DNA of 64,000 bases from the human T2T-CHM13v2.0 reference genome, Homo sapiens, in NCBI RefSeq assembly GCF_009914755.1, contig NC_060926.1; one strand, written 5' to 3'. The translations under genes were made by a program, and so were the position numbers. The notes under the pieces were generated by a model. That model was not told where the DNA came from. It worked only from the letters and a program-made list of their open reading frames with translations, and did no database searches. Below are positions 12,910 through 25,065 of the stretch, piece by piece. Numbering within the stretch: the first letter of the stretch is position 1; every line of letters starts with the position of its first letter.

Positions 12910-13299
12910 CTTTAAAAGAAGGAAATCTTATCATATGCCATAAGATGGATGAGCTTTGAGAGCATTATGCTAAGTAAAAAAAAAAAAAAAAATCTCAGTC
13001 ACACAGCAGGATAAATACTGCACTTATATGAAGTATATAAAATAGTCAAATACATAGAAGTAGAAATTATAATGATGGGTGGTTGCCAGGGGTAGGGGAA
13101 GAGGGAAAATGAGTTATTGTTTAATGAGTGTAAAGTATTAGTTATAAAAGATAAAATAATTCTAGAGATCTACTGTATAACATCATGATCATAGTTACCC
13201 ATAATGGACTGCATATTTAAATATGTGTTAAAAGGGTAGATCTAAAGGTAGATCTAATGTTACATGTATGTGTGTGTATGTTTTACCAAAAAATACATT

Positions 13300-14085
13300 T
13301 CCAATTATTAGGAAAATGCAAATCAAAATCAAAATGACATGCCATTTACATGAATTAGAATATCTACTATGAAAATAGAAAATAATAAGTTTTGATAATG
13401 ATGTAGAACTATTGAAACCCTCATGCATTGCTGATGGGAGTGTAAAACACTGCAAATAGCATGAAGAATAGTATCAATATGCTATTAAAAAAATAAATAT
13501 AAAATAGAATTACCATATAATCCAGAAATTCCACTTGCAGATATAGGTATAAAAGACAACTGGGACTCAAAGAAATATTTGTACACTCATGTTCATGGCA
13601 ACATTATGGATGTAGACAAACGAAACACTAGAATATATTTTAAATATCAATATGCCTATATTTAATGAAGAAGAAATGTTTAAAGTCAATGACATATGCT
13701 ACCATATTAAAAAAATTAAAAATGTGGAGAAACAGAGAAAAACTAAAATTCACACATCTCCAGTTTGTGAAAAAGAAGACTTTTTACTAATTTTACTGAC
13801 ATTAAAAAAAAATTAGGAATGCCTAGAAAAGTACTACTTAAAATTGACGCACCATGAATAATAAAATGCATAACTTTACACTCCTTAAAGAAATAAATAT
13901 TGGATTATTAAAAGCATGCGCACATACAAACATTTAATTTACCCACATAAATGAAATGTCTTTACTTCTAAGTTTTATCAAATATTTAACAATAAAACAA
14001 AAGTATCTTACACCAACTCTTTCAGAAAAATAGAGAAAAAGCAACTTTTCAAAACTCACTTTATAAGATTAACACAATCTTTATT
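13300..14085 (+). mobile_element. Old L1M ORF2 fragments
   Basis: GGAAAATGCAAATCAAAA...GAATTACCATATAATCCAG (ORF2 3' end), then a degenerate mid-ORF2 piece ending CAAAACTCACTTTATAAG. Confidence 0.6.
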
Positions 14086-14099
14086 TAGAAAACAGAAAA

Positions 14100-16065
14100 T
14101 TAGAATGACATAACAGATGATAGCAAAGTGAGAAGCTCCAGAACTTAGTACCTTTACCAAAACAGTTATTGAACTGACAAGAAGTATCTAGAGAAACTAC
14201 TTTGGAATTCTCGAGTCTATTTGGACACTTGTAGTCTCCAGATGATAGCTTTATGAAGAAAGAGTCAGGGTTCATTACAGTGAAATTCACTGTTTTCTAT
14301 AATGGCCCCCATTCTCTACCCTTCAGTCCCATAGTGAACAACCACGTGGATGGGGGCCAACAATTCCAGTGTGGCTTGCTGGTGCTAGGGTGGATGATAG
14401 GTATATTGTACTTCAAAAATTACGGTGTATGTTTTGACAATTGCTTGTGATTGCTAAGTGTCTGGCACAGAGACTGGCCACTGTTTCAAGACTTCAGGCT
14501 GAAGCAGCTTTACCAGTAATATCAGTCTAAGAAGGTATGAAAAGATAAACACATTTTAAAAAAATTTTACATTGGATCCAAATAATATAGGAAATCTCTG
14601 TTAAAGCACTGCTCGCCGTGAAGTAATGGAAGAGAGTCATCATTGACTACATATAATAAGAAAAATAGTTTTTGTGAAAATAATTTGGAAAAGCCACCAA
14701 TAAAAAGATGATTGCAGGGGCATCAAGTAACATCGCCAATCCATGGGAAGGAAAAGAATCTGAATTTTGAGAGTTATATCATTACAGTCAAAAGATCCAG
14801 TTCTCAATGAAAAATACAAAGCATACACAGAAACAATAAATTATGGCCCAGTAGAAGAATAAATTGACAGGAAACCATTCTAAGAAACCCAGACATTGAT
14901 TTAATAGATACAAATGTTTAAATTACCTATTTAAATATGCTCAAAAGCTGAACGAAACCTGGACAAAGTACTAAAGGGAAACGGGAGAATGTGTGTGAAT
15001 AAATAGATAATATCAATACGTAAAGAGGTGGACATTATAAAAAGTATTCAGGAGCAGAAAATACAATAAATACAAAATTTACTAAAGGATGCCCAAAGCA
15101 TAGTTGAGCAGTCAGAAGAATGAATATAACTAAAGAAAGAGCAATTCAAATCACTCATTCTGAGGAGCAAAAGAAAAAAAAATAAAGAAAAATGAACTCC
15201 AGGGGAGCTAGGAGACACCATCACACATACCAATATATTCATAATTGTAATCCCAGGAGAACAGAAAAGTGGAAAAACAGATATATGAAAAAATAGTAGC
15301 TTAAAACTTTATAAATACAAAAGACGTTTATGCCCAAATTCAAGTTTCTCAATGACCTCCAAACAGAATAAACAAAAAGAAAGCAACATTGAGACTTTTT
15401 ATAATCAAATTGTCAAAAGACAAGGACAAGGATAACTTGTAAGCAGCAAGACAAAAGAGTCTTAGCATATATGAGGGATTCTTAACAAGATTTCTCATCA
15501 GTAACCATGAATTCCAGAAGGCAGTAAGAGGATATATTTAGAGTGCTGAAAGAAGGGAAAAACAAAGGAACTGTCAACCAAAACTTTGTATCAAGCAAAA
15601 CTATTTTTCAAAAATGAAAGGGAAATTAAGATATTACCTGCTAAACAAAAGCTGAAGGTGTTTATTGCTGGCAGACCTTTTCTACAAGACACACTAAAGA
15701 AATTTCATTAAGCAGAAACAAAGAGATACTAGATGGTACCTCAAAGTCATATGAAGAATGAAGATCTCTTTAAATATATAGATTAATATAAAACCTAGTA
15801 TTGTATTTTTGCTACATAACACTATTGCTTTCATACATAAATTAAAAGACAAAGCTTAAAACAGTAGTTTTAAGTCTACATTATCAGGAGCTTAATGTAT
15901 ATGCTTGTAATTTGTGATAATAACTTAAAAAGAAGAGCTGTATTTAGAAAAAAGCGTAGTTAATACATGCTATTGAAGTGAACTCGATGTCGACTTAAAC
16001 TAGATGTTGTAAATTTAGAATGTTAATTATGAATACTCTGAAAATAACTGAAAACAGACATAAAA
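14100..16065 (+). mobile_element. Old L1M 5' region and ORF1 relic
   Basis: A-rich ORF1-like sequence (GAATTCCAGAAGGCAGT...GATATATTTAGAGTGCTGAAAGAA...CTGTCAACCAA...TTCAAAAATGAAAGGGAAATTAAGATATT). The left boundary is uncertain. Confidence 0.7.
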
Positions 16066-16069
16066 AGGA

Positions 16070-16540
16070 GTTTTGAAGTCATCACTCCACCCTAACAACA
16101 AGTAAAAAGCTGAACAAACTGAAAAATTAATAACAGATGTGTTCTCTTAGACACATCAGAGATGTGAGTTTACAGATTAAGCCACTGCCTCCAAACATTG
16201 ATGAAACAAAGAGCCAAGTACAAAGATTCACAATTGACTGATGGATAACTCATCTGAAAACTCTGTGGGAACAAACAACCAGTATAGGAAAACCTAAACT
16301 GTAACTGAAAAATGACTGTAGGCTTAGGATAGACAAGTCTGAGTGTTACAAACTCCAGTGGAGGCCAGGCAAGTTGGGGCACTCACACTTCTTTGACTTT
16401 TCCCTTTAGGAGCTGTATCTGGTTCCCATCGTGAAGATTAGAACAAAATATCCTCCTGATTCTAGCAAGAAGAGGGGAGAAGCAACCAGTTTGAAATACA
16501 TCAGATAATTCTATTCTTAAAAATGCTTCCTTCCAGCAAG
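16070..16540 (+). mobile_element. Old L1MC/L1MD-type 5' end fragment
   Basis: GAAGTCATCACTCCACCCTAACAACAAGTAAAAAGCTGAACAAACTGAAAA resembles L1MC/MD 5' UTR starts. Confidence 0.55.
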
Positions 16541-16559
16541 AGAAAGTTTTACTGGTGTG

Positions 16560-16571
16560 GCCAAGATGGCC
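16560..16571 (+). promoter_or_regulatory. YY1 motif at L1 5' end (internal promoter)
   Basis: GCCAAGATGGCC lies a few bases from the L1 5' terminus, the known position of the YY1 site in primate L1 promoters. Activity is untested. Confidence 0.65.
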
Positions 16572-17139
16572 AACTAGGAGCAGCAGCCAGTGTGTGTGGT
16601 TCTCCAGACAGGAACAGAAGGGGCGAATAAATACAGCACCTTCAACTGAAACATGCAGGTACTGGCATTGTGTCTCATCAAGGAAACAACTCTACCCCTG
16701 GAGAATGGAGAAAAGCAAGGCAGGACAATGGCCCACCCAGGAGTGACATGGAGCCAAGGAAACCTCCCCGACCCAGGGAAGTGATGAGTGAATGTACAAC
16801 TCTAGGAACTCATGCTTCTCCCACAGATCTTGCAACCCTTGGGTCATGAACCCACTCTACCAGAGCCTTTGGTCTGCACACAGAGCTACATGGAGTCTTG
16901 GCAGAGCAGCCACTCAGGTACATGCAAAGACCCAGGAGCCTTAGATACTGGGATTTTGTGGGCTTCCCAGAAAAAGTAGTTGCAACTGCAAAGTAGAAGG
17001 TTAGACCCCTGTACATACCCCCTAGGAAAGAGGCTGAAGCCAACGGGGTGAGCAGCAACAGTGTGCAGGCTCCAATTCCACAGCACCTGACAGCATAAGA
17101 CCCACTGGCTTGGAATTTCAACCAGCCACTGGTAGCAAC

Positions 17140-17830
17140 ATTAATCTCCCTGAGAGGAAGCTTCCAGGACAAGGGCCAGGCCGCCATCATTGCTGTTTGG
17201 AGAACTTAGCTGTTTCAAACTTGAGGCTTTGGAGAGTCCAAGCCAACCAGGAGTGGAAGGAATGTCCCAGCATAGCAAAGCTGCTCTGCAAAAAATGTGC
17301 CCAGATTGCTTTTTAAAGCAGGTTCTCAATCCCTTTCTTCTTCATTGGGCAGGACCTCCCAAATGGGGCCTTCGGTCACCCCTGACAGTGTTCTCCAACA
17401 AACAGTCTTGAAACCTCCCTGGGACAGAGCTCCCAAAGGGAGGAGTGGCCTGCCATTTTTGCTGTTTGTGTGACTTAGCCATTCCAACCTTCAGGCCTTG
17501 GAGGATCCAAGCCAACCAGGGGAAGAGGAAGTCCTCTTGCACAGCACAGATGCCCTACAAAAACGTTGCCAGACTACTTTTTCAAGAGAGACCCCCATGC
17601 TGTTCCTGTTCAGTGGATGAGACCTCACAACCGGTGTCTCCAGCCCCCTCTTATAGGTGCATTTGGGCCAGCAACAGGTTTGTACCTCGCTGGGACAGAG
17701 CACCCAGAGAGAGGGGAAGGCTGCCACCTCTGGTGTTTCACAGCCTTCGCTGGTGATACCTCTAGGTACTGGACAATCCGAGGCTACTAGGGACTGGGGC
17801 AGACCCCCAGCATACTGCAGCAGCCCTACG
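17140..17830 (+). repeat. Imperfect ~270-bp tandem repeats in the L1 5' UTR
   Basis: Three related blocks start near 17145, 17413 and 17684 (CTCCCTGGGACAGAGCTCCCA...GCCATnnTTGCTGTTT). Confidence 0.7.
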
Positions 17831-19296
17831 GAAAAGTGGCTAGACTGTTAAATGGATGCCCATTCCCGTATCTTCTAACTGGGCAGGACCTCCAGGCCTG
17901 GGTCTCTAACCACCCCCTGCCAGAGCTATTGAACCAATAGCAACTCAGTAACTCCCTGTGCAGAGCCTCCATGGACAACTGAAAGCCTCTCCACCACTGC
18001 CACTGTAGTGGAACTTTCCTCACTAGCTTAAGACTAATGCCAGAACAAAGACCTGAAGCGCCTTATCCACACCTCCAACAAGCTGCAGTTGACCCAAGGA
18101 GAGGAGGCCAGTCTGCCTCCCATGGGTCCCACATATCCCGCACTGCTCATCACTAGACTGGGAACCCCTGGCTTGGGTCCAGAGCACAGACCCTTCATCC
18201 TGGGCTGATTGCTTTGAGCAATTGCTGACTCACATCTTTCTGGGGTGGGGCCCCCAGGAAATAGACAAAGTGGTGGGGGCAGTAAGCTAGTTGATGTGGA
18301 GCCCAGAGGGATTGGTGCGGAAACATGTATAGTGGAACACAGCCATGGATGGCCATCTCTCTGGGGTTGACTTAGTCCCAAAAGAGTCTTTAGCCTTAGG
18401 GGAACTGTCAGACTTAATCTCTGCACGGTGGTCTTGCACATCAGATGGGGCTGGTCTGATCTGAGCACTCCTTGGTCTACTGGCTCTCCCAGGGCCCCAG
18501 TCTGGCCTAGCCTGCTTGCAGAACAGACTTAGGTGCCCTAGGGACCCACCTCATAGCTTCTGTACTGGTGGACCATGCATGAGTGGTGGAGAGCTCCAAC
18601 ACGGGATCCCATAAAGCTGTGCATCAGCCCACATGTTCCCTCCCCACACTGCAGCTTCCCCAGAGTCCACGGCAACTCCCCACATCACTTTGCTGGCATG
18701 TGTCTGTCCAATCAGGTTTTGCTTTAGTTGTAGCACCAGTATGCAGGAGTGCAGTAAGCCCCCACCATCCCTACTGAACACCTTAAAGATGGATCCTTGG
18801 CAGGAAGAGCCTAAAAACCCCTCCTTTGCCAGCACGCTGCCCTTGCACTAACTCTAGGAAGAGAACAGGAGATTCTCTCACAACCTGAGCAATCACTCCT
18901 GCTTGTGGGGCACAGATCAGCCACCCAGACCTGTGCTGGCCAGAACCCCACCCCGATCCAATACCATCTCCAGTGCAACAGCACACACAGTCTCCAGCAG
19001 GGGCCCTCCACCTCCCTTCAAGCTTTATTGCTTCCATCATTGTGATGAACACCTGCAGAGAAGCAGGTACCCCTGTATCTGCTAGCACTCTTGCTGCGGC
19101 TACCACATTTCTGTCCCCCACCTCCAGCACAATGAACTCCAAACCTGGAGGAGCCAGAGGACAAAGTCAGGGCCACTCAGCTGAAGCCACCTTATACCAC
19201 AATCAAACCCTCAATGTCATCAAATAGGATAAAAGAAAAGAAAAACCATGCAAAGGTCAGCAACCTCAAAGATTGAAGGTAGATAACTCCACAAAG

Positions 19297-20320
19297 ATAA
19301 GAAAGAATCAGTGCAAGAACCCTGAAAACTCAAAATGTTAGAGTGCCCTCTTTCCTCCAAATGACCGCATCACCTCTCCAGTAAGGATCTGGAATTTGAC
19401 TGAGGCTAAGATGGCTGAAATGATAGAAATGCAATTCCCACTAGGGATAGAAATTAAACCCATTGAGCTACAGCAGTATGTTATAACAGAATACAAGGAA
19501 GCTAAAAATCATGATAAAACAATGCAGAAGCTGGCAGACAAAATAGCCAGTGTAGAAAAGAATGTAACCAAACTGATAGAGCTGAAAAACACTCTTCAAG
19601 AATGTCATAATGCAAACACAAGTATTAATAGCAAAAGAGACCAAGAAGAGAAAAGAATATTAGAGCTTAAAGACTGTCTTTCTAAAATAAGACAAACAGA
19701 GAAGAATAGAGGACAAAGAATAAAAAGGAATGAACCAAACTTCCAAGAAATATGGAATTATGTAAAGAAACCAAATCTATAACTCACTGGTGTAACTGAA
19801 AGAGATGGGGAGAATGAAACCAAGTTGGAAAACATATTTCAGTATCTCTTGCATGAGAACTTCCCCAACCTAGCTAGAGAGGCCAACATTCAAATTCAAG
19901 AAATGCAGACAACCCCAGTATGAAACTTCTTCAGAATATCATTCACAAGACAAGCAGTCATCAAATTCCCCAACATCTTAATTAAAAAAAAGACACGTTA
20001 AAGGGAGATAGAAAGGTCAGGTCACCTACAAAGGGAAGCCTATCAGACTAACAGCATATGACTCACCTGAAACCCTAAAAGCCAGGAGAGAATGGGGGAC
20101 AATATTCAACATTCTTAAAGAAAAGCAATTCCAACTCAGAATTTCATATCCTGCCAAAATAAGCTTCATAAGTGAAAGAGAAATAAGATTTTTTTTCAGA
20201 CAAAAATCTGAAATTTTTTTGAGGGAATTTTTTACCACTAGACTTGTCTTACAAGAGCTCCCAAAGGAAGCATTAAATGTGAAAGGAAAGACCATCACCA
20301 CCCACTGCAAGAACACTCTA
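19297..20320 (+). pseudogene. L1 ORF1p relic (disrupted)
   Basis: Start codon has decayed to ATA. ORF 19396-19782 gives coiled-coil sequence ending QEIWNYVKKPNL (L1 ORF1 QEIWDYVKRPNL). Stops and frameshifts are present. Confidence 0.88.
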
Positions 20321-20390
20321 AGGTACACAAACCTGTAACACTATAAAGCAACACATAAACAGGTCTGCATAATAATCAGCTAACATCATG

Positions 20391-22921
20391 ATGACAAAAT
20401 CAAATCCACACATATTGATACTAACCCTAAATGTAAATAAGCTAAATGCCCCAGTTAAAAGACATAGAGTGGCAAGCTGCATAAAGAAACAAGACCAACT
20501 GGCATGCTGTCTTCAAGAGACATATCTTACATGTAATGACACACATAGGCTTAAAATAAAGGGATGAAGAAAAATCTACCAAGCAAATAGAAAACAGAAC
20601 AAAGCAGAGATTGCAATTCTAGTTTCTGATAAAACAGACTTTAAACCAACAAAAATCAAAAAAGGCAAAGAAGTGCATTACATAACGGTAAAATATTCCA
20701 TTCAACAAGAAGATCAAACTATTCTAAATACATATGCAGCCAACAAAGTAGTGCCCAGATTAATAAAGCAAGTTCTTAAAGGCCTTCAGAGATACTTAGA
20801 CTCCCACACAGTAATAGTGCGAGACCTTAACACCCCATTGGCAATATTAAATGGATCACGGAGGCAGAAAATTAACAAAGATATTCAGGATCTGAACTCA
20901 GCACTGTTCAAATGGACCTGATAGATATCTACAGAACTCTGTGTCTAAAAACAACAGAATATACATTCTTCTCATTCCCACATGGCACATATGCTAAAAT
21001 TGATCGCATAATCAGAAGCAAAACACTTTTCAGCAAATGCAAAAGCACTGAAATTATAACAAATAATCTCTCAGACCACACAGCACAATCAAATTAGAAA
21101 TTTAGACTAATAAAGTCACTCGAAACCATAAAATTACATGGAAATTGAATAACCTGCTCCTGAATGACTTTTGGGTAAATAATGAAATTCAGGCAGAAAT
21201 CAATATTTTCTTTAAAACTAATGAGAACACAGATACAACACACCAGAATCCCCAGCACACAGCTAAGGAGCTCTTAAAAGGGAAATTTATAGCATTAAAT
21301 GCCCACATAAAAAATTAGAAAGATATCAGGTTAAGAACCTAACATCACAACTAGAAGAACAAGAGAATCAAAAGCAAACAAATTCCAAAGTTAGCAGAAG
21401 AGAAATAACCAAAATTAGAGCTGAACTGAAGGATAGAGACATGAAAAATCATTCAAAAATTCAATATATCCAGAGAATCAAAAGCAAACAAATCCCAAAG
21501 TTAGCAGAAGAGAAATAACCAAAATTAGAGCTGAACTGAAGGATAGAGATATGAAAAATCATTCAAAAATTCAATATATCCAGAAGCTGGTTTATTGAAA
21601 AAAATTAATGAAATAGACTGTTAGCTAGACTAATAAAGAATAAAAGAGAGGAGTTTCAAATAAACACAATCAAAAAAGACAAGCAGGATATTACCACCAA
21701 ACCTACAGAAATACAAGAAACCATCAGAGGATATTATGAGCAGATCCATGCATGTAAACTAGAAAATCTAGAAGAAATATACAATTCCTGGACCCATTCA
21801 TCCTCCCAAGACTGAACCAGAAATATATTAAATAACTGAACAGATCAATAATGAGCTCTGAAACTGAGGGACTCATAAATAGCCTACCAGCCAAAAAATG
21901 CCCCAGATCAGATGGATTCACAGCTGAATTCTACCATATGTACAAAGAAGAGCTGGAACCATTCCTACTGAAACTATTACAAAAAAATTAGGAGCAGTGG
22001 CTCCTCCCCAACCCATTCTATAAGGCTAGCATCTTCTTTTTACCAAAACCTGGCAGCATGGCACTGGTCCAAAAACAGACACCTAGACCAATGGAACAGA
22101 ACAGAAAACCCAGAAATAAGACTACACACCTATAACTATCTGATCTTCAGCACACCTGGCAAAAATGAGCAATGGGGAAATGATTTCCTATTCAATATAG
22201 GGTGCTTGGATAACTGGCTAACCATAAGCAAAAGATTGAAGCTGGACTCTTTTCTTATGCCATATACAAAAATTAACTTAAGATGTAAAGCCCAAAACTA
22301 TAAAACCCCTGGAAAAAAACCTAGGCAATACCGTTTAGACTTAGGCACTGGCAAAGATTTTATGACAAAGACACCAAAAGCAATTGCAACAAAAGCAAAA
22401 ATAGACAAGTTGGATCTAATTAAACTAAAGAGCTTCTGCACAGCAATAGAAACTGTCAACAGAATAAACAGACAACCTACAGAATGGGAGAAAAATTTTG
22501 CAAACTATGCATTCAACAAAGGTCTAATATCTAGCATCTATGAGGAACTTAAACAAATTTACAAGAAAAAAATAAACAGCCCCATAACAAAGTGGGCAAA
22601 GGACATGAACAGACACTTTTCTAAAGAAGCCAACAGTCATGAAAGAAAGCTCAATATCATTGATCATTAGAACAATGAAAATCAAAACCACAATGAGATA
22701 CCACCTCATACCAGTCAGAACCGCTATGACTTAAAAGTCAAAAAATAACAAATGCTGGCAAGGTTGTGGAGAAAAGAATGCTTATACACTGCTGGTGGGA
22801 GAGTAAATTAGTTCAACTATTGTGGAAGAAAGTGTGAAGATTCCTCAAAGACATAAAGATAGAAACACTGCTTGACCCAGCAATCCCATTACTGGGTATA
22901 TAACAAAAGGAATATAAATTG
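20391..22921 (+). pseudogene. L1 ORF2p relic (endonuclease and C-terminus; RT core deleted)
   Basis: ATGACAAAATCAAATCCACACATA (MTGSNSHI-like). Peptides DLNTPL, MDLIDIYRTL and [11 protein letters not shown]...[10 protein letters not shown]. Many stops. Confidence 0.9.
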
Positions 22922-24315
22922 TAGGGTTTTTTGGAATATATGGTTGGGTTGATTCTAAAGTTGTTATGGATATCCAAATGACAGAATAACCAGCTATCCT
23001 GAAAAAGATGGGGAAGGTTGGGATATTTACTTTGTTTGACTTTTAAGGTATAAAATAAACTACAGTAATCAACACAGTATAATATAGGTGATAGGATAAA
23101 CAAGTAAATCAACAGAATAGAGTAGAGCAGAAGTAAATCTACACATAAATTTTGGTATACAAGGACAGCACCAATATAAATTAAGGCAGGAGTTGTGGGG
23201 AGGAAAACGTTTCAACAAATGGTGCTGCAACTACTGAGTATCTATTTTGAAGGGAAAATAACAACAAGCAAACCTTGACCTTTACCTCGCATGATATATA
23301 TGTATAATGCAAGAGAGAACAAAGAACTAAACTTTAGACCCTAAACTATTATGTTCCTAGATGTAAAGCATAGGATATATTTGTGTCAGTCTTGGTAGGC
23401 AAATATTTATTAAATAACACATTGAAAGCATTACTTATTAAAATGGATAAATTGACTGCATCCTCATTTAAACATTTTTGTTCATCAAAATATATAGTTA
23501 AGAAAAATATACAGGTGAGCCACAGACTAGGAGAAAATATTCACAATACAATATAATACATGTATTTAATAAAGAATTTGTATCAAAAATGTATAAAGCA
23601 CTATTACCATTCAATAATAGAAAAACAAAAATTGGTAAAATACTTGAATAGAAACATCTTGAAAAAAAGATATATGTATGGCCAATGAGTTACAGGCATT
23701 ATTCATCTAGAAAATACCAACTAAAACCATGATGGGATACTGCAACACACCTACTAGAATAACTGAAATTTAAAGTCTGACAGCTGAAATTATTAGTGAG
23801 GGTAAAGAACAGCTAAAACTCTCATACATTGCTTGTAGAAGTGTAAAACGGAACCATCAATTCAGAAAATAAGTTGTTACCTTAAAAAAATTCAAACAAA
23901 TACCTATTTGGCGTATGACCCAACAATACCCCTCAGGATTTTGATTATGAGAAATAACATGCATATGTCTGTCTGCAAAACTTCCTGTACGTGAATGTTT
24001 ACAGCAATTTTATGCAAAAAAGCCAAAATTATCAGTCAATAGGTAAAATGATAAATGTTCTGTGGCAGGTTCAAACATTGGAATTCTATTAAATATAAAA
24101 GAGAGAAAATAACTTAACATGGAAGAATCTGAAAACATTATATTTAGTGAAAGAAGCCAGACCCAAAAAAGTACATACTGTTTAATTGCATGAATTTCTA
24201 GAACAGACAAAGTCATCCATGGTGATTTTAATCAGAATAGTAGTTGTTTCGGGAGTGGCTGATTGCCTGTAGAGGGGAAAAAGGGAATGTTCTGTGGTTA
24301 TGAAAATGTTCCATA

Positions 24316-24721
24316 CAATTAACCCTTAAATAACATGGGTTTGAACTGCAAGAGTCCACTTAAAGTTTTCTTCTGTCTCCGCCACCCTTGAGATAGTCAG
24401 ACCAACCCCTCTTCTTCCCCCTCCTCCTCAGCCTACATTATGTGAAGACGGTGAGGTTGAAGATCTTTATGATGAGCCATTTCTACTTAATCAATAGTAA
24501 ATACATTTTCTCTTTCTTATGATTTTCTTAATCACATTTTCTTTCCTCTAGCTTATTATAGGAATCCAGTGTATAATTCATATAACATAAAAAACATTTG
24601 TTAATCAATTGTTTACATTATCAGTAATGCTTCTGGTCAACAGTAGGCTATTTGTATTTAAGGTTTTGGGGAGTTAACAGTTATATCAAGAATTTTCTAC
24701 TGCATGGGGGTGGGTCAACTG
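24316..24721 (+). mobile_element. Tigger2a (MER28) TcMar-Tigger DNA transposon
   Basis: Termini CAATTAACCCTT...GGGTCAACTG flanked by TA on both sides. Internal GGGTTTGAACTGCAAGAGTCCACTT and GAAGATCTTTATGATGA. Confidence 0.9.
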
Positions 24722-24778
24722 TATTTTGAAAAAGGTGTGGGTAAACTCATTTACACACATGTCAAATGATCAAATTCT

Positions 24779-25065
24779 AGCTTGGCATGGTGGCTCACTT
24801 CTGTAGTCCCAGTGACTCAGGAGACTGAGACGGGAGGGTCTGTTGAGTCTAGGAGTTTGAGAATGTAATGAGCTATGATCGCACCACCTCCCTCCAGCAT
24901 GGGTGAAAGAGAGAGAGGGAGAGAGAAAGAAAGAGAGAGAGAGAGAAGAGAGAGAAAGAAAGAGAGAGAGAGAGAAGAGAGAGAAGAGAAAGAGAAAAGG
25001 AAGGGAGGGAGGGAGGGAAGAAGGAAGGAGGGAAGGAATGAAGGAAGGAAGGAAGGAAAGAAAAG
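24779..25065 (+). mobile_element. FRAM-like Alu monomer with expanded (GA)/(GGAA) tail
   Basis: Single right-arm-type monomer (GAGCTATGATCGCACCAC). TSD ATGATCAAATT at 24766-24776 and 25066-25076. Confidence 0.85.
24905..25065 (+). repeat. Polypurine (GA)n/(GGAA)n tract
   Basis: ~160 bp of purines with a single T. Confidence 0.95.

Larger units (their letters stand above)
10108..13293 (+). mobile_element. LINE-1 (L1MA/L1MB-like) ORF2 3' half and 3' UTR, interrupted by MSTD and MER1B
   Basis: RT and C-terminal motifs (ATAGATGCAGAAAA..., IKLKSFYRAK, KIFANHVSNKGL). L1MA/MB-type 3' UTR TTCTAGAGATCTACTGTATAACATCATG...GGGTAGATCT. Confidence 0.9.
16554..22921 (+). mobile_element. Near-full-length old primate LINE-1 (about L1PA12-16/L1PREC2), internally deleted, 3' end missing
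   Basis: 5' start GGTGTGGCCAAGATGGCCAACTAG, then a GC-richer ~2.7 kb 5' UTR, ORF1 and ORF2 relics in order. Stops at ...AAGGAATATAAATTG with no 3' UTR or poly(A). Confidence 0.93.

Noticed and set aside
16555-19227. Dense cluster of overlapping ORFs on both strands
   Set aside because: All lie in the GC-richer L1 5' UTR, where stop codons are rarer. Not a gene cluster.
19396-22670. L1 ORF1/ORF2 as an active retroelement
   Set aside because: Many stops and frameshifts, the RT core is deleted, and the 3' end is missing.
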